A DNA stretch of 63,330 bases, the filler included, from an uncultured Planctomycetaceae bacterium (GTDB lineage: Bacteria; Planctomycetota; Planctomycetia; Planctomycetales; Planctomycetaceae), in NCBI GenBank assembly GCA_963976765.1. It is 3 parts of 3 records of this genome, joined end to end, with 100 filler letters (N's around TTAATTAATTAA, not from the genome) between each part and the next. Parts side by side here need not be neighbours in the genome. Positions count along the whole stretch, not along the records: positions 23,060 to 44,919 come from CAXBME010000057.1; 2 more parts are not named here. The stretch is one strand, 5' to 3'. The translations under genes were made by a program, and so were the position numbers. Positions 31,912 to 43,076 of the stretch are shown here, in pieces (within the stretch, counting starts at the first letter, position 1; each line of letters starts with the position of its first letter). The notes under the pieces are model-generated. The model was not told the origin of the DNA. It saw only the letters and a program-made list of their open reading frames with translations, and did not search any database.

Positions 31912-32277
31912 CTACAGACCGAAGACCCAGCCAACCGGGTCGATTTCCTGAGTCCCCAGCGAGCCGCTTCGCAGCCAGCCGAACGGGTCGATCGGCTGCA
32001 ATGGCGAACCGCCCGCTCCGCACGGCCCGCAGGAGTTGCACGGGTCACATGGGTTGCCGCACGGATCGCAGGTTTGGGTTCTGCATGGAGTGACAATCCT
32101 GGGCATCGAGAAAATGGGCCCGATACTGCCCGGACCTGCGAAGACAGGCTCAGCAAAGTGTGGCCGTACGGCTATGTGGTCAAATCCGATCTTCGGAACA
32201 AGGATCGTCCGTGCGCACCCGCTTGAGCAGGCGATGGTCCCCAGCAGGGCCAGTGTGATGACGGCTTTGTGTCGCAC
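31912..32277 (-). CDS. small Cys-rich lipoprotein
   Basis: GTG start with a GAGGAAG RBS, lipobox SSGC, CDPCGNPCDPCNSCGPCG tract. Confidence 0.6.
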   Translation of the reverse strand: MRHKAVITLALLGTIACSSGCARTILVPKIGFDHIAVRPHFAEPVFAGPGSIGPIFSMPRIVTPCRTQTCDPCGNPCDPCNSCGPCGAGGSPLQPIDPFGWLRSGSLGTQEIDPVGWVFGL

Positions 32278-32297
32278 AGCTTCCTCTGCAGGTTGGG

Positions 32298-32353
32298 GCA
32301 GGGTGGGCACCGCCCACCAACGCGAAAGTCGTGGTGGGCAGTGCCCACCCTAC
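32298..32353. repeat. GTAG-type REP doublet (REPIN)
   Basis: GCAGGGTGGGCACCGCCCACC ... GGTGGGCAGTGCCCACCCTAC as an inverted pair. Confidence 0.8.
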
Positions 32354-32966
32354 GAAATGAATCGGATAGTCGCGTTGATTGTCTGATGCCGGAAACGCCG
32401 GAGGGGACGGATCGACCGACTGTGCGTCCGGATGTGACAGGTGCTCCGTCGGGAACGCTCGAACCGGCTGTAGTGAGAGTTCCCGCCAGGAAAGAGATTC
32501 CGGTTGTGGTGGCCTGGGACGCAACCAGGCTCGCGTTTGTCACTTCGCGCCGGTTTTGTCGAGCGGCTTGAGGACTGGCGGATTCATCACCGCAGTGCAG
32601 AACCAACACGACTGCGCAGAGTTCCTGAATTGCCTGACCGGAACAACCGGAACACTCTTCAGGGGAAGGCCGCCAGTTCGATGAACTCTCCCCTCCGGGT
32701 TTTGCAACCTGGACTGGAGTGTGACAATAATGAAGACAGGAGCGGGGATAGCGGACGAAGCAGTCCGCGAAGGTTTGCCTGGCATTCGGATTGAGCATTC
32801 GCGGCGGAACGTTGTTCCAATCGTGAAATGCGGAATTCGGCGCCTGATAGCGATCAGTTCTCCTCGGCGATGGATCGCCACCGAGCCATGAACGGCTCGC
32901 ATTTGTGAAACGAATTGTTGGATCGACTGAGCTGTGACTCGGTTGAAACGGCAGGCCGGCTGAGCC

Positions 32967-32993
32967 GGAACTTTCGCATCGATTGACCCGTCA
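32967..32993 (+). promoter_or_regulatory. putative ECF sigma promoter
   Basis: GGAAC-N17-CGTCA just upstream of the GAGGAG RBS of the gene at 33012. Confidence 0.45.
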
Positions 32994-33011
32994 CCTGTGA
33001 GGAGACTTCAA

Positions 33012-34463
33012 ATGAAGAAGCTGTTGGCAATGGTCGCATTCTGCGTGGCCACAACATTGAGCCAGCAGGCGTTTGCGTCGGGGTATTGTGGAGCGGCCAC
33101 ATTTAACTGCTGCCCGACAGTCGCCTGTCAGCCAAGCTCGTGCTACACGACCTGCAAAATCGAACGGCAGACGTGTAAGAAGACCGTCTACGACACCGTC
33201 TGGGAACCTGAGGAAATCACTCGGACCCGTACTGTTTACGAAACCGCTTACGAGACGAAGGACGTCACCTGTTACAAGGTCGTCCGCGAAACGGCGTATC
33301 GCGAATGCGAGTACGAAGTCCGCCGCCCCGTGACCGAGACGTCTTACCGGGAAGAAAAGTACACGGTCTGCAAACCTGTCTGGGAAACCGGCGAACGCGA
33401 GTGCTCTTACACGGTCAGCAAGCCCGTGTGGGAAACCGCCGAACGCGACTGCGTCAAGGTCAACTGGAAGAAAGTTGTCGAGAATGGCGAACGTGAATGC
33501 CGCCGCACCGTTTGCCGACCAGTCGACGAAGTTGTCGAACGTGAAGTTTGCCACACCGTCATGAAGCCTGTGACGACCTGCCGCACGGTCTGCGTCGATC
33601 AGGGATCGTGGGTCAACAAGCAGCATTGTTTGCCCGGCCTGCCGTTGCCGGTTCTCTCGCTGCAGTGCAACCCGTGTTCGATCCTGCCATTGCCGCTGCC
33701 GGTTCTGGGCATGACTCAAACGCCGGGGCTTGCCTTTAACACAAAGAAATGGTGCCCGAACCTGGTGCAGCGTCAGGTGCAGCATACCGTGATGGTTCCT
33801 GAAACCGTAAAAAGCACCGTTCAGTGCACCGTTCGTCGTTACGAAACCGAGGTCGTCGTCGAAAAGATTCCGACTCAGACATGCCGCTGGGTCAAGGAAG
33901 AAGTCGTTGAGAAGGTTCCTTACAAAGTCTGTAAGTGGGTTAACGAAACCGTCGTCAAGAAGGTGCCAACTCGCACTTGCCGGATCGTCGAAGAGGAAAT
34001 GGTTCGCAAGGTGCCAGTGACCAACTGCACGTGGGTTACTGAAACCAAAACTCGAAAAGTTCCTTACTGTGTTGAGAAGAAGGTTCCTTACACCGTGACG
34101 CAGAAGGTTGCTCACTGTGTGGCGAAGGAAGTTCCTTACACCGTCACTCGAATGAACTGCCGACGGGTTGCTCGCGAAGTCGAGTACGAAGTCTGCAAGG
34201 TCGTGCCAACAACCGTCTGTCCGACGATGGGCGGATGTGCCACTGGAAACTGTGGCTCGTCTGGCTGCCCGAACGGCAACTGCGCTGCAAAGGCCGTCAC
34301 TGAAGAAGAAACGCTGAAGCCGGTTCCTGAAGAGACTGTCCCTGAAGAGACCGCTCCGGAAGAGCACGAAGCTTTAAAGATTCCTGTCGAGCCACTGTCT
34401 GAAGCCGCTCCTTCAGCCGAGCCGCCAAAGCCAAGCCCGGCTGATGACGCGACCAGCACGTAA
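33012..34463 (+). CDS. secreted Cys/Val/Thr-rich repeat protein
   Basis: Signal peptide, 16-aa repeats, acidic Pro-rich tail; has its own RBS and terminator. Confidence 0.85.
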   Translation: MKKLLAMVAFCVATTLSQQAFASGYCGAATFNCCPTVACQPSSCYTTCKIERQTCKKTVYDTVWEPEEITRTRTVYETAYETKDVTCYKVVRETAYRECEYEVRRPVTETSYREEKYTVCKPVWETGERECSYTVSKPVWETAERDCVKVNWKKVVENGERECRRTVCRPVDEVVEREVCHTVMKPVTTCRTVCVDQGSWVNKQHCLPGLPLPVLSLQCNPCSILPLPLPVLGMTQTPGLAFNTKKWCPNLVQRQVQHTVMVPETVKSTVQCTVRRYETEVVVEKIPTQTCRWVKEEVVEKVPYKVCKWVNETVVKKVPTRTCRIVEEEMVRKVPVTNCTWVTETKTRKVPYCVEKKVPYTVTQKVAHCVAKEVPYTVTRMNCRRVAREVEYEVCKVVPTTVCPTMGGCATGNCGSSGCPNGNCAAKAVTEEETLKPVPEETVPEETAPEEHEALKIPVEPLSEAAPSAEPPKPSPADDATST

Positions 34464-34489
34464 GACTGCTGAAACCGACGACAAAGATC

Positions 34490-34532
34490 AAACGCCTCGA
34501 TCGTCTCTCTGAGACCCTCGAGGCGTTTTTTT
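34490..34532 (+). terminator. intrinsic terminator
   Basis: AAACGCCTCGA...TCGAGGCGTTT followed by a T-tract. Confidence 0.75.
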
Positions 34533-34635
34533 GTGCTGTCGTAAAACAGCCTCACGACTCAATGCGTTCCGTTCGTGGATTGATGGTCAGGCAGTGGACT
34601 TGCGGTTGCGTGGTGCCGGGCGTGTTCGTGCAGTT

Positions 34636-35298
34636 TCAATCCGGCTTTTGCGCGACCACCAGGAACTGCTTACCGAAAAACTTCCAGGCAAACGGCAGTT
34701 TGAGATACAGCTTCAGGAAGGCCAGCGGCGGGGTCGAACCTTGTGACATCGAATACGGCAGAAACCGATCGATGCACTCGCTGATTTCGAAACCTTCGAG
34801 CTTAAGTACCTCTTCCAGCGACCGTTCTGTCAGCGCGACATGATGGTCCCAGAAGTCCCAGTACGCTCCGCCGATGAACCGGATATTTGGCCCGAGACAT
34901 ATGAGTCGTCCGCCGGGTTTCAGGCAGCGTTTCGCTTCAGTGAGGGTTCTCTCCAACGCGGATTTGTCGGGAAGATGCTCGAAGAAGTTCGACGTGAAAA
35001 CGACGTCGAGCGAGTTGTCCTGCAGCAGCCATTCGTCCGAACAATCCTGCAGGATGAACTTCACGCCTTCGCCGACACGCGTGTCGGTGTCTGGGTTGAG
35101 GTCCATCGCGAACTTCCTGCCGCACCGAACGTTGCGAATGAACTCGCCCCAGCCGGCTCCGAGATCGAGGACCATGTCTGATGACCGAATGAACCGGTTG
35201 AAGAACGACCCGGTCAGCACCTGCCAGACCTGCTCGCGATAAGCTTCCAGGCCGGTGAAGCGGTTTCGGTATTCAGTTGTGAGAACGCTTTGAGACAT
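34636..35298 (-). CDS. class I SAM-dependent methyltransferase
   Basis: VLDLGAGWG, DVVFTSNFFEHL, LKPGG. Confidence 0.9.
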   Translation of the reverse strand: MSQSVLTTEYRNRFTGLEAYREQVWQVLTGSFFNRFIRSSDMVLDLGAGWGEFIRNVRCGRKFAMDLNPDTDTRVGEGVKFILQDCSDEWLLQDNSLDVVFTSNFFEHLPDKSALERTLTEAKRCLKPGGRLICLGPNIRFIGGAYWDFWDHHVALTERSLEEVLKLEGFEISECIDRFLPYSMSQGSTPPLAFLKLYLKLPFAWKFFGKQFLVVAQKPD

Positions 35299-35321
35299 TC
35301 GTCGTTTCTTTGCTCGAAGCC

Positions 35322-35387
35322 GCAGGGTGGGCAGTGCCCCCCTGGAGAGTTCTGTCTATTAGATTTGGTGGGCAGTGCCGACCCTAC
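35322..35387. repeat. second GTAG-type REP doublet
   Basis: GCAGGGTGGGCAGTGCCC ... GGTGGGCAGTGCCGACCCTAC. Confidence 0.75.
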
Positions 35388-35657
35388 GCAAACTTCCGTC
35401 GGCTTCCGGCACTGGTCAAGTTTCAGTTCGGGTAAGACACGAAACTCCGGCCTGCCATGCACATCGAACCGGTTGTGCTGCCTCTCTTCCGATCGTGACG
35501 GTTCCGCATTTTGCATCAGTCAATTGTGATCTGAGTTGCCAGCAGTAAGAATTCCAACACCGGATCGAGCGGGAGTCTGCCTTCTTTTTGAGATCCTTGT
35601 CAGACAGGGTGCGAGCCTTGTCGACCGCTCGACGGCTGACTCGACGAAGGAGCAATC

Positions 35658-36284
35658 ATGCAGGAACACGAGCAGCAACGACACGGTCCGGGCGGTTTCA
35701 ACCGCCGGGACTTCTTGAAGGGATCGGGTGCGGCCGTCGCCGCAACGGCCATCGTAACAGCGGAACAGGAAGCGCAGGCTCAGAAGAAGGGTAGTGCTCC
35801 AGTTCAAGGCCCCGGCAAAGTTGACGTCACGTTGACCGTCAACGGCAAGCAACACAAACTGTCGATCGAACCCCGCACGACGCTGCTTGATGCTCTGCGT
35901 GACCAGCTCAACCTGACAGGTTGCAAAGATGACTACGACACGACCAGTTGCTCGGGGTCGGACACGGTCATCATCAATGGCAAAGCGGTTTACGCGAGCA
36001 CCCGCCTGGCGATTGAGGTTCAGGGCCAGCAGATTCAGACCGTCGAGTCACTTCGCAACGGAGACCAGCTCGACGAAGTCATCACTGGCTTCGTTCAGAA
36101 CGACGCCATGCAGTGCGGATTCTGCACACCAGGCTTCGTGATGGCGACACGAGCGTTTCTCAATAAGAAGCCAAAGGCCACTCTCGAAGAAATTCAGGAC
36201 GGACTTGGCGGCAACATCTGCCGCTGCGGTACCTACAAGGGTATCACTGAATGTGCTCTGCAAATTGCGAAGGGAGGTGCGTAA
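35658..36284 (+). CDS. xanthine dehydrogenase family Fe-S subunit with a Tat signal (PaoA/YagT-like)
   Basis: FNRRDFLKG Tat motif; QCGFCTPG and NICRCGTY intact; first cluster motif degenerate. Confidence 0.92.
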   Translation: MQEHEQQRHGPGGFNRRDFLKGSGAAVAATAIVTAEQEAQAQKKGSAPVQGPGKVDVTLTVNGKQHKLSIEPRTTLLDALRDQLNLTGCKDDYDTTSCSGSDTVIINGKAVYASTRLAIEVQGQQIQTVESLRNGDQLDEVITGFVQNDAMQCGFCTPGFVMATRAFLNKKPKATLEEIQDGLGGNICRCGTYKGITECALQIAKGGA

Positions 36285-38449
36285 TGGCTGAGCGAACAAT
36301 TTCGTGGGGACCGCGTGGCTCGAACAAACTGATCGGGACAGAAACTGCCCGGCTCGACGGTGTCGACAAGGCTTCCGGCTTTGCCAAATACACTGCAGAC
36401 ATGAATCAGGAAGGGACGCTTTACGCTCGACTGCTGACCTGCAAACACGCCAGCGCGACGATCACTCGCCTGAACGTCGAATCGGCTAAGAAGGTGGCTG
36501 GCGTTCACACGGTTTATCTCTTTAAGAACGAAGGCGATGACTGCAACTGGGATGGCGACATCGTCGCGGCTGTCGCGGCCGAAACGGCTGACATTGCGGA
36601 AGACGGCGTCCGGGCGATTGAAGTCACCTTTGAAGTAAAGCCGCACGTTGTTGACGAGCAGGATCTGGAAGCGGCCCGCAAAGCCGAAGTGACAAAGGAA
36701 GGCATCGTTGACCGGACGGTCGGTGATCCTGACAAGGCAATCGCCGAAGCCGATGTCGTGCACGAAGGCTACTACGGCATCCACACGATCAGCCACATGT
36801 GCCTGGAACCTCACGGAGCCCACTGCTCCTGGAACACCAGCGACGATGGCCCGAGACTGATCGCGCGACACTCGACCCAGGCCGTCTCGACAACCGGCAA
36901 ACAGTTTGCGTCGAAGTTCGGTCTCGACGCGGCGGATGTGCGTGTCGTCTGTAACTTCATCGGAGGCGGCTTCGGCTCGAAGTTCGCCGCCGACGAGTGG
37001 GGCTGGGCGGCTGCTCAAATGTCGAAAGACACCGGGCGCCCCGTCCGGCTGATGCTCGATCGAGCAACAGAGTTAAAGACGCCGGGGACAAGACCGTCCG
37101 GGTTCGCAAAAGTGACTCTGGCAGCGAAGAAGAACGGCCTGATCACTGCCTGGAAAAGTCACCACTGGGGAACGAACGGGCCTCAGGGAGGCACCATTGA
37201 TGGCAACCAGATGCCGTACGTTTTCGACTTCGAGAATAAGAAGGTCGAAGCAACCGGCATCAAGACAAACTGCGGGCCGAATCGAGCCTGGCGGGCTCCG
37301 AATCACCCGCAGCTTTGTGCCATCACTGACACAGCAATGACGGACCTGGCCGCAAAGCTGAAGATGGATCCGATCGATCTGTACAAGGCAAACCTCGGCC
37401 AGCTTGACAAAGTTGCGGCAGAGAATGGCGACCTTTATCGAGCTCAGCTTGACCGAGCCGCCGAACTGATGGACTGGAAGAAGAAGTTTCACGCTCACGG
37501 TGAAAGCGGCAGCGGCGCGGTCAAGCGGGGTCTGGGTGTCGCTTTGCATCGCTGGGGCGGACAGGCCGTAAAATGTGAAGCCGAAGTTCGACTGTTCGAA
37601 GACGGTGCCGCTCAGGTTTCGATTGGAAGCCAGGATCTGGGCACCGGGACACGCACTGTGATCGCGATGGTGCTTGCCGAAACGTGCGGACTGCCTCTTG
37701 AGAAAGTCACCGCAAAGATCGGCAGCAGCGAGTATGTTTATGGCAACCCGTCCGGCGGCTCAATCACCGTCGGCAGTGTCAGCGGCGGAACGCGTCGCGC
37801 GGCTCTGGCGGCTGTATGGAAACTGCTCGACAAGGTGGCCGCGAAGTACGAACTGGATGGCACGACTTTAACCGTCGGCAACGAAGCCGTCTGGGCAGGT
37901 GATAAAAAGGTCTGTTCCTGGAAAGACGCCTGCCGGTTGATCGGTTCGGTTCCGATCGCTGAAGTGGGAGCCAGCCCGCTGGACGACGGACTGACCAGCA
38001 AGCTGGTCGGTGGCGTTCAAATGGCCGATGTCTCGGTCGACACAGACACCGGCATCGTTCGGATTCATCGAATGGTCGCCGTTCAGGACTGTGGTCTGGT
38101 CATCAACGAGATGACCGCGAAGAGTCAGGTTTACGGCGGCCTGATCATGGGCATTGCCTACGCCCTTTCCGAAGAGCGGATCATGGACAACAAGACCGGT
38201 CGCTATATCAACGCGGACATGGAGAATTACCGGCTGCCAAGGATTGGCGACATCGGCGAACTGATCGTCGAGATGTACCAGCCGGACAGCGAGTACAACC
38301 GCGGTGTGGTTGGTCTGGGTGAGCCACCGGTCATTTCGACCGGAGCCGCGATTGCCAACGCAGTCGCCAACGCAACTGGTGTCCGGGTGTCCGTGTTACC
38401 CATGACTCCAAAACGTGTGCTGGACGCTTTGAAAGGAGGCCAGGCATGA
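36284..38449 (+). CDS. xanthine dehydrogenase family molybdopterin-binding subunit (PaoC/YagR-like)
   Basis: GGGFGSK, WRAP, QDLGTG, SGGS, GLGEP (catalytic Glu retained). Confidence 0.93.
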   Translation: MAERTISWGPRGSNKLIGTETARLDGVDKASGFAKYTADMNQEGTLYARLLTCKHASATITRLNVESAKKVAGVHTVYLFKNEGDDCNWDGDIVAAVAAETADIAEDGVRAIEVTFEVKPHVVDEQDLEAARKAEVTKEGIVDRTVGDPDKAIAEADVVHEGYYGIHTISHMCLEPHGAHCSWNTSDDGPRLIARHSTQAVSTTGKQFASKFGLDAADVRVVCNFIGGGFGSKFAADEWGWAAAQMSKDTGRPVRLMLDRATELKTPGTRPSGFAKVTLAAKKNGLITAWKSHHWGTNGPQGGTIDGNQMPYVFDFENKKVEATGIKTNCGPNRAWRAPNHPQLCAITDTAMTDLAAKLKMDPIDLYKANLGQLDKVAAENGDLYRAQLDRAAELMDWKKKFHAHGESGSGAVKRGLGVALHRWGGQAVKCEAEVRLFEDGAAQVSIGSQDLGTGTRTVIAMVLAETCGLPLEKVTAKIGSSEYVYGNPSGGSITVGSVSGGTRRAALAAVWKLLDKVAAKYELDGTTLTVGNEAVWAGDKKVCSWKDACRLIGSVPIAEVGASPLDDGLTSKLVGGVQMADVSVDTDTGIVRIHRMVAVQDCGLVINEMTAKSQVYGGLIMGIAYALSEERIMDNKTGRYINADMENYRLPRIGDIGELIVEMYQPDSEYNRGVVGLGEPPVISTGAAIANAVANATGVRVSVLPMTPKRVLDALKGGQA

Positions 38450-39444
38450 GACCTTTTGAATACGTCAGCCCGACAACTGAAGCCGAGGCTGTTGAAGCTT
38501 TGAACGATCACGGGGGCCAGACGATGGTGCTGGCTGGCGGGACCGACCTGATCAGCCTGCTGCAGCGCGACGCCGTGCGGACGCAACGGGTAGTCGACAT
38601 CAAGAAGATTGACACGCTCAAATCGATCGAACACGTCGACGACGGCGTGCTGATCGGAGCGACCGTCACGCTTGACGAGGCACTGGAAAGTCCACTGCTC
38701 GCCGGGCACGACTCTATCGCGCAGGTCATCGATGGTCACCGGGCGATTCAGATTCAGTCGTCGGGAACGCTGGTCGGCGATCTGTGTCAGATGCCTCAAT
38801 GCTGGTACTTCCGCAATGGCTTCGGAATTCTCGGTCGCAAAGATGGCGAGTCACTCGCTGAACTCGGCGACAACCGATACCACGCTGTCTTCGGGAACGC
38901 CGGTCCGGCGAAGTTTGTTTGTGCCTCACGGTTTGCACCATCAATGGTGGCGTGGGGCGCGAAAGTGCGAGTCATCGGCCCCGGTCCGGAAGACGAACAG
39001 TTTGTTCCGCTGGAGTATTTCTTTGTCACGCCGCGTCTGGAATCTCAGGGCGTCAACGTCTTGAAACCAGGGCAACTGGTCACTCATATCTGGCTGCCGA
39101 CGGTGGCTGACGTGAAAAGCGGTGCGTACGAAGTCCTCGAATCAAAGGGGCTCGATCGGCCTCAAGCTGCCGCTGCTGTTTGCCTGAAGACGGAAGGCGA
39201 CTTTGTTCGAGACGCACGCATCGTGATGGGCCACGTGGCGCCGACTCCGTGGATCGCCCACGAAGCCGCACGTGCTCTGGTTGGGCAACGGCTCGACGAA
39301 GACATGGCCAGCAACATCGGCGACATCGCCGTCAGCAAAGCCACTCCACTTTCGATGAACGAGTACAAAGTTGCTATGGCTCGCGCCGCAGTGAAGCGTT
39401 CCCTGCTTCGAGCGGTCGGCAAACTCGACGACGCCCTTATTTAG
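38446..39444 (+). CDS. xanthine dehydrogenase family FAD-binding subunit (PaoB/YagS-like)
   Basis: LAGGTDL, TLVGDLCQ..CWYFR, NRYHA, GHVAPTP, NEYKV. Confidence 0.92.
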   Translation: MRPFEYVSPTTEAEAVEALNDHGGQTMVLAGGTDLISLLQRDAVRTQRVVDIKKIDTLKSIEHVDDGVLIGATVTLDEALESPLLAGHDSIAQVIDGHRAIQIQSSGTLVGDLCQMPQCWYFRNGFGILGRKDGESLAELGDNRYHAVFGNAGPAKFVCASRFAPSMVAWGAKVRVIGPGPEDEQFVPLEYFFVTPRLESQGVNVLKPGQLVTHIWLPTVADVKSGAYEVLESKGLDRPQAAAAVCLKTEGDFVRDARIVMGHVAPTPWIAHEAARALVGQRLDEDMASNIGDIAVSKATPLSMNEYKVAMARAAVKRSLLRAVGKLDDALI

Positions 39445-39471
39445 TAACTGAACCTTTCCCACCCAGCACGT

Positions 39472-39510
39472 CCCCTCTCTCCCTTGGGAGAGAGGGGTAG
39501 GGTGAAGGGT
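39472..39510. repeat. CCCCTCTC..GGGAGAGGGG palindromic REP-like element
   Basis: CCCCTCTCTCCC-TT-GGGAGAGAGGGG-TAGGGTGAAGGG. Confidence 0.6.
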
Positions 39511-39592
39511 TTCAAAAACCTGACTCAATACAACCTCGAGAAACTCACCCCGAGGTCGTCCAATACTCAAATCCCAACTCAAGGACATAGCC

Positions 39593-39808
39593 ATGCAACA
39601 CGAACTCGAAGTTGTGCAGGGCGAACGTTGCCGACACCTGCTGTCCAAAGGCCTGTTCCTGAACGCTGGCCTGCCCCCGGAAGAACACGCCACCGGAGAC
39701 GGCAACTTCTGGTGCGCCAACACTCAAACCACCTACGGCCCCGACAAAGGCTTCTGCAACGGAGAAGACTGCAGAGTTCAGACAAGAAGCTGCTACGAAG
39801 CTCCTTAA
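39593..39808 (+). CDS. small Cys-containing protein downstream of the Mo-hydroxylase operon
   Basis: AAGGA RBS, 71 aa with 5 Cys; lies upstream of the first clear terminator. Confidence 0.7.
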   Translation: MQHELEVVQGERCRHLLSKGLFLNAGLPPEEHATGDGNFWCANTQTTYGPDKGFCNGEDCRVQTRSCYEAP

Positions 39809-39845
39809 GCTCCAAGCTTCGTTGGAACGACTCCGAGATAATCAA

Positions 39846-39881
39846 AGAGGCCGCAGTCTTAACGACTGCGGCCTCTGTTTT
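39846..39881 (+). terminator. intrinsic terminator
   Basis: 13-bp perfect stem AGAGGCCGCAGTC/GACTGCGGCCTCT followed by GTTTT. Confidence 0.8.
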
Positions 39882-40174
39882 ATCCTGCTCTGCGAATTGA
39901 GTCCTATGCTCTATCTTCTCTCGCGAGGCGAGGGAGTGTCCTGCAAGGAAGATTGTCATGGCCTGATGCTTCTGACAATGAATCTGCAGACGTAGTCAGG
40001 AATGTGATTTACGAATCGTGAGTTAGTACTTCCCGCTCGCCCAGTACCGCAGACCAGTGACTTCAATACCTGGCCGAATATCCGTCAGCCAATAGCATCA
40101 TTCCCGTCAGGGCTGGCGCGTCGCTTCGCAAAAGATCGACGATTTTTCGTTGGGCTTCAAAACGGCAGCGGACT

Positions 40175-41863
<1,689 letters not shown>

Positions 41864-42620
41864 AAGTCTCCGGGGTAAGGTTGTTCGCCGCATTTTTGGC
41901 AAGCATAGGGGGCGTGAATTTACATCTGAAGTGCAACGCCGACTTTGGTGAGGGGCGTGACGCAGTTGTCCATTCTTCATTAGCCTGATCACAGCGTGAA
42001 GGGTCTGCCGGATGCTGGCGGCCGGGCTGATTGACAGTGGCAGCCACAGCAATTCCAGAACGCTCGTCAGTCTGGTGCAGCGATGTGCTCCGCGAATTGT
42101 CTTGCTGGTAGACTCCGCTTTGCAATCGTTGGCGGTGCCCAGCAAAGTTCGTTCGGGCTCGTTAGTCCGTACCGGGCACCTCGAGGGCGGTCACGAAGGT
42201 CAACGGCTCCAGGGTTTCCAGCAGTCGCAGGAGTTTGTTCGCCAAGCCACGTTCGGTTTCCGTCTCCGGTGGGGTTTGGTCTTTGCACCGTTGCTATAGC
42301 GTCTCATTCCTGATCACTCGTTGCCGCTCGGTAAATGGTTGGCGCAACTGGTTCGTGCCATATTGGTGGACAACCGGTTTCATCGCCGCTCCATCCTTCA
42401 CTCAAGTATAATTGCTAGTTTTTGGATCAATTGCAGGGACGTGTGGTTCAGTTTCATTATCGAACTGCGGAGCTAAAGTGATTGAGATGTAATCAGGTGA
42501 CAGATTCAGGCACCGGATGTAGACTCTGGCTCAGACGTTACTGAAGTGTTCCCAAGGGCGACTTTGACAAAGCAGGCAATGGGTTACCGTGCAACTTTAA
42601 CGCTGGACTAAGGAAGAGCA

Positions 42621-43076
42621 ATGAGTGGGAGATTGTGCGTATTGTTGGTTTCGGTCATCGCTGTTTGTGGCTGTGGAGATAGTCTGCCAGATCGTGTGCC
42701 CGTGTCCGGGAAGGTTACGTACAACGGTGCGGCCGTCGAAGGGGCAGCCGTCGTGTTTGTTCCTGTTGAAGGCGGACCAGCTGCTACGGCCACAACCGAC
42801 GCTGTTGGCCAGTTCAAGTTGAGCACATTCGAGGCCCACGACGGTGCTGTTCCTGGCAGTTACACGATTTCGATTGCAAAAACCAAACAGACCGGTGGAA
42901 AGGTCATGACCGCAGACGAAGAGCATGAGGCGGTATTAGCTGGCAAGGAGATTCAGCCACCGACGTTCGAAGACCTTGTCCCAACCAGATACAAGAGCAG
43001 CAGCACTTCAGGCCTGGCTGAAGATGTCACCGAGGATGGTGAGAATATCTTTACGTTCGAACTGACAGATGGCTAG
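42621..43076 (+). CDS. planctomycete lipoprotein (carboxypeptidase regulatory-like domain)
   Basis: Lipobox VCGC, PVSGKVTYNG, TDAVGQFKL, GAVPGSY, VPTRY. Confidence 0.85.
   Translation: MSGRLCVLLVSVIAVCGCGDSLPDRVPVSGKVTYNGAAVEGAAVVFVPVEGGPAATATTDAVGQFKLSTFEAHDGAVPGSYTISIAKTKQTGGKVMTADEEHEAVLAGKEIQPPTFEDLVPTRYKSSSTSGLAEDVTEDGENIFTFELTDG

Noticed and set aside
33300..34150. 48-nt periodic DNA repeats as a possible CRISPR array
   Set aside because: They are coding repeats with variable sequence; there is no repeat-spacer structure and no cas gene.
32991..34367. 458-aa minus-strand ORF
   Set aside because: Antisense shadow of the repeat protein, which has the RBS, signal peptide and terminator.
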